64,000 bases of DNA from Botryllus schlosseri. Its lineage: Eukaryota. Numbering within the stretch: position 1 is the first letter of the stretch; every line of letters begins with the position of its first letter. Shown piece by piece: positions 60,801 through 64,000 of this stretch. The notes below the pieces were generated by a model. The model made no database searches and had not been told where the DNA came from. It was given only the letters and a program-made list of their open reading frames with translations. The stretch spans positions 7,006,001 to 7,070,000 of the forward strand of contig CM119375.1 of NCBI GenBank assembly GCA_051294905.1, read 5' to 3'. The translations under genes and the position numbers were made by a program.

Positions 60801-63617
60801 TTGAGTAGTTGTAGTTCTAGTTGCAGATATGGAAAATTGGGCAGTTCTAGTTGCTGATTTTGAAAATTGAGTAGTTGTAGTTCTAGTTGCAGATATTGAA
60901 AATTGGGTAGATTTAGTTCTTGTCGCGGATTTTTAACATTGGGTAGTTCTAGTTGCGCTTCTTGAAAATCCATTTGTTTGTACAAGTCTGACCATAACAC
61001 ATCGCATCAGAGGAAATTTTGCTATTTTTCAGTCCGTAGACCTGCATGTGTCAATGTGAAAACGTTGCGTGTTGATCACAACTTCCCAGAAATGCCGGTT
61101 CCACTTGCGTAAGTAGCTTTGTGCTATGTTTTAGATGCTGCGATACCACTGATCGAGGTAACGAGGCTTCGACGGCGGAAAGGAAGTATCAAAGCCAAAA
61201 TTCACGTCGATATTACAACTCTTATTGGAAAAAAGGGTACAATTTCTTGACTTGCTAACTCATAAAAAAACATTGCATATCAACAATCGTATCACCAAAT
61301 AAGTACGATTACAAATCACGATCATCCACGTTTGACCATGACGCAAAAATTAGTCGCAGCTACTCGGAACAAGAATTGTAGGCGGGTCTACCTGTCGTGG
61401 CTTTATCAAAATCTTCGATGATCATCCTCCCGTCTTCGGACTTTGCGAACGGCTGATCGGTCCTACGCCGCTTCTGCGCGCGTCGGTCCAGAGTGGCTGA
61501 AAAGATAATCGGCACCGCGTCAAATTCCACAGCGAGACTATATGCTGGGGTTACCAAATTTTGGACACGGGAAAAGAGGACACTTTTATCAAATCTGAAA
61601 AGTTGGTTGACTTGAAAAAAAAGTTGTCATTTTCGTTCGACTCCCGAATTACCCACTCGAACATCTTTATTTGCTATTTAGCGTCATTTATGCCCATTTT
61701 CAGTCGAACCTGTCCATTATCCTAGCTGTAAACGCTGTTAAGGAGGACGAATTGCAAAAAAGGTGGACATTTAGGCACCCCCTTAGGACATTTTCAAAAA
61801 CCTGGAAAAGTAGGACGTATGGTCACCCTACGATATGCTAGCTTGAAGATATAGTAACCATCACTATGCTGCAGTCAGCTACCAAATTGGGTCATCGCAT
61901 AAAGGTCGCGGTCAATGTTCCCTCTAAGCTGCGCAAATGCGCAGTGCTGACACAGAAAATGTAAGTTGCGCATAAAAAATCCGAAGTGATGAGTTTTTTT
62001 TAGTCATTACGCACTGTTGCCCAAGAGTCTGCGCAGTGCGTTGGTGAACGTGTGCAGACTCGTCGAAAATTAGAGGGAACATTGGTAGCGAGTTTCAACT
62101 TTAAACTGTCTATGGAAGGAAGGGGTACATAATGAGTCATAGTGTGTACTGTAGGTGGACTTGCATGACTCGATAATTCGAGCAGTCTGATCAAACTAAT
62201 TACAGCGAAATGCCGGTACTCCAATTACGATATAATTCGGGAAATGTTTCTATGCTATTATTTGAATCCCAGCTCTATCCAAAAGTACGGGTTAGCAGAT
62301 ACCGAAAGGCTTTCCGTAATCTCAAAGACGTACCGACGACGTTTCTCGAACTCCTCTTGTCGAGCAAGTCGAGCGGCTCGTCCCTGGACTCTTCTATGCG
62401 GTAACTCATGCGTTTCCTTTTCTTCTCTGCAGGTCTGCCTCCGTCGTCCGAATCAGAATCGGTCAGCAGTTCGTCGATACTAAATGCATCGCTTAGCGTT
62501 AGTCGTGGATGTTACCAGCGAATTGGGCACTTGGTGAATTCGGAATTAGTCCTTACCTCAACCTCTCCCTACCATAACCTAAAACTTTAACCCTATCTAC
62601 TGACCCTGACACTAACCTACCCTTAAACCGAATGCATCGTTACAGGGGTCACCAACACGCGGCTCGTGACCTGATTAAAGATTTCGAAAAATATCTTGCT
62701 AAAGCATTTGGAAATGCTGAAATTGCTTTCAGTTTGAAACTATTTTCACTATTCATCACCAGCTTCTACGGCTTCGCCGATGGTAATTGGTTTCCACGGA
62801 GGAAGAATGGCCATATTGTCTTGACAGAGCTATGGCTCGGACACCGCTTAGAAAACAAATTGTGGCTTCCCCACAAGCTCAAGCTTCAAGAGTTGATGGA
62901 AATACCATGTCTAGCTGACCCCAATATCGATTCATTAGGAAAGTGATGATCATGATATTCTTTGTTTTATTTGTAATTCTTTAAATAAAATATATTTCTT
63001 TACTGCGATTTCGGTGGTCGAATTTTTCGGTGAAACTTGTACTTCTACGTGTAATCAAGTAGAATATCTACACAACTCCAAGCACTCACTCGTTGGAGTC
63101 CTTCCCATTGTCCTCCTCGTCGCTACCGCTGTCGTCCCCGCCGCGTTGTCCCAGGCGTCTCTCTCTCTGCTGACGCTTCTGACGGTCTCTCGTCTTCCTG
63201 AAGTTAGCCATCTGCTTCTTGTGGTCATCTGGCACCATCGAGTGGATCATGTCGTAACTGCAAATCAGAGGCGGTCAGCAGTGAAGTTTTCAACTCATAG
63301 TATGCATATGGACAGATTCAGTGTATGTATATCATGAGTCGGTGTATATGCCGCAAAAACATCAAAAACATACAACTTCCTACCCTACGTCCCTTGCCAC
63401 TAGATTCCCCATATTCCAACTATGCAGCCCATAGCATCAAAACACTAATTGGTGACGCCGAAAGAATACTACCGTCAAAAAATGCTCTATCGAGCAAGTT
63501 TTAACACCACTGCAAATCGAATTACCCGAATTTCCGGACTAAACGTTCCAACAGTTTCTTCACCTTGAACCGGAAATGACGCCGGGTTTCCGAGCTCCAC
63601 TGGAACAGCGAGCCGAT
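57823..63617 (-). CDS. RRP12: Ribosomal RNA-processing protein 12, last seven coding exons (gene continues past the window end)
   Basis: Phase-consistent exons 63617-63526, 63257-63090, 62479-62334, 61496-61392, 60327-60167, 59460-59378, 57928-57823; motifs RRHFRFKVKKLLERLVRKFG, DEPLDLLD, SEDGRMII, GGIGIHR, EPYAYIPL, KLRGEFEGMVRAAK. Confidence 0.9.
58077..59141. mobile_element. 1.07-kb hAT-type element in the last RRP12 intron
   Basis: TIRs tagggttaccata / tatggcaacccta; perfect TSD TTTTAGAC. Confidence 0.85.
60740..60965. repeat. Minisatellite of ~30-36-bp subunits (about 66-bp higher-order period)
   Basis: Repeated tagttctagttgc.gat.ttgaaaattg.gtag. Confidence 0.8.
61546..61830. mobile_element. 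hAT-type MITE in an RRP12 intron
   Basis: Termini tggggttacca / tggtcacccta; TSD ctatatgc/cgatatgc. Confidence 0.75.
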
Positions 63618-63922
63618 CTGAAAACGGGAAGCCAAGTTACAATCGTCCTCTTACGATATCAAACTGAGCAATACAAATTCCACGCAGTCCTGATTTCAAG
63701 AAATACTGGCTTTTGAATCACGTGTTCATATTGAAATAAACCCGAACATTTTCAGTCGACACTGATGGGTAATGGTCAGACATTAGTAGCGATTCCAGAA
63801 ATGCTGTATATCAACAGTGCTATAACCAAATAAGATGTCACTGGCATAAAAATTCATATAAACAGAAATGTTCAGGTCGATTTTCAGGTCCAAATTGTGC
63901 CTTTCGTCCTGTTAGCGTCTAC

Positions 63923-64000
63923 CAGGGTTGTAATGACTCGACTTGACTCGAGTCATTGCGCATGACTCGAACCAAGTCATACGACTCGAGACTCAGAAAA
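63923..64000. mobile_element. TGACTCGAGTCA-array MITE truncated by the window edge
   Basis: Starts cagggttgtaatgactcg, as at 30922. Confidence 0.7.

Noticed and set aside
60716-61000. 94-aa Leu/Gln-repeat ORF
   Set aside because: Translation of an intronic minisatellite
62560-62630. Interstitial telomere
   Set aside because: Too short and irregular; no pure TTAGGG run

Overview
This is animal genomic DNA with GT-AG spliceosomal introns. It looks like an invertebrate deuterostome or tunicate, but the taxon cannot be proven from the sequence. Five recognisable genes are present: KIF3A (+), a SYK/ZAP70-family kinase (-) and DPH7 (+), each with a single-exon CDS; a complete 22-coding-exon ODAD2/ARMC4 (+, 1048 aa reconstructed by hand); and the last seven exons of RRP12 (-). 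A sixth, phase-consistent 3-exon gene of 184 aa (40908-41667) is missed by the ORF track and carries an LEWD motif and a spectrin-repeat-like segment. Intergenic and intronic DNA is dense with non-autonomous DNA transposons, mostly hAT-type with verifiable 8-bp TSDs. They form multi-level nests at 8192-11935, 35097-40493, 48528-50161 and 54320-55858, and several hit the same target site repeatedly. One MITE carries a 28S rRNA fragment. There are also L2/CR1-type LINE 3' ends (one forming the 3' flank of DPH7), a Sola-like element, tRNA-type SINE remnants and a decayed hAT transposase. All family assignments are from memory of known sequences; no database search was run.
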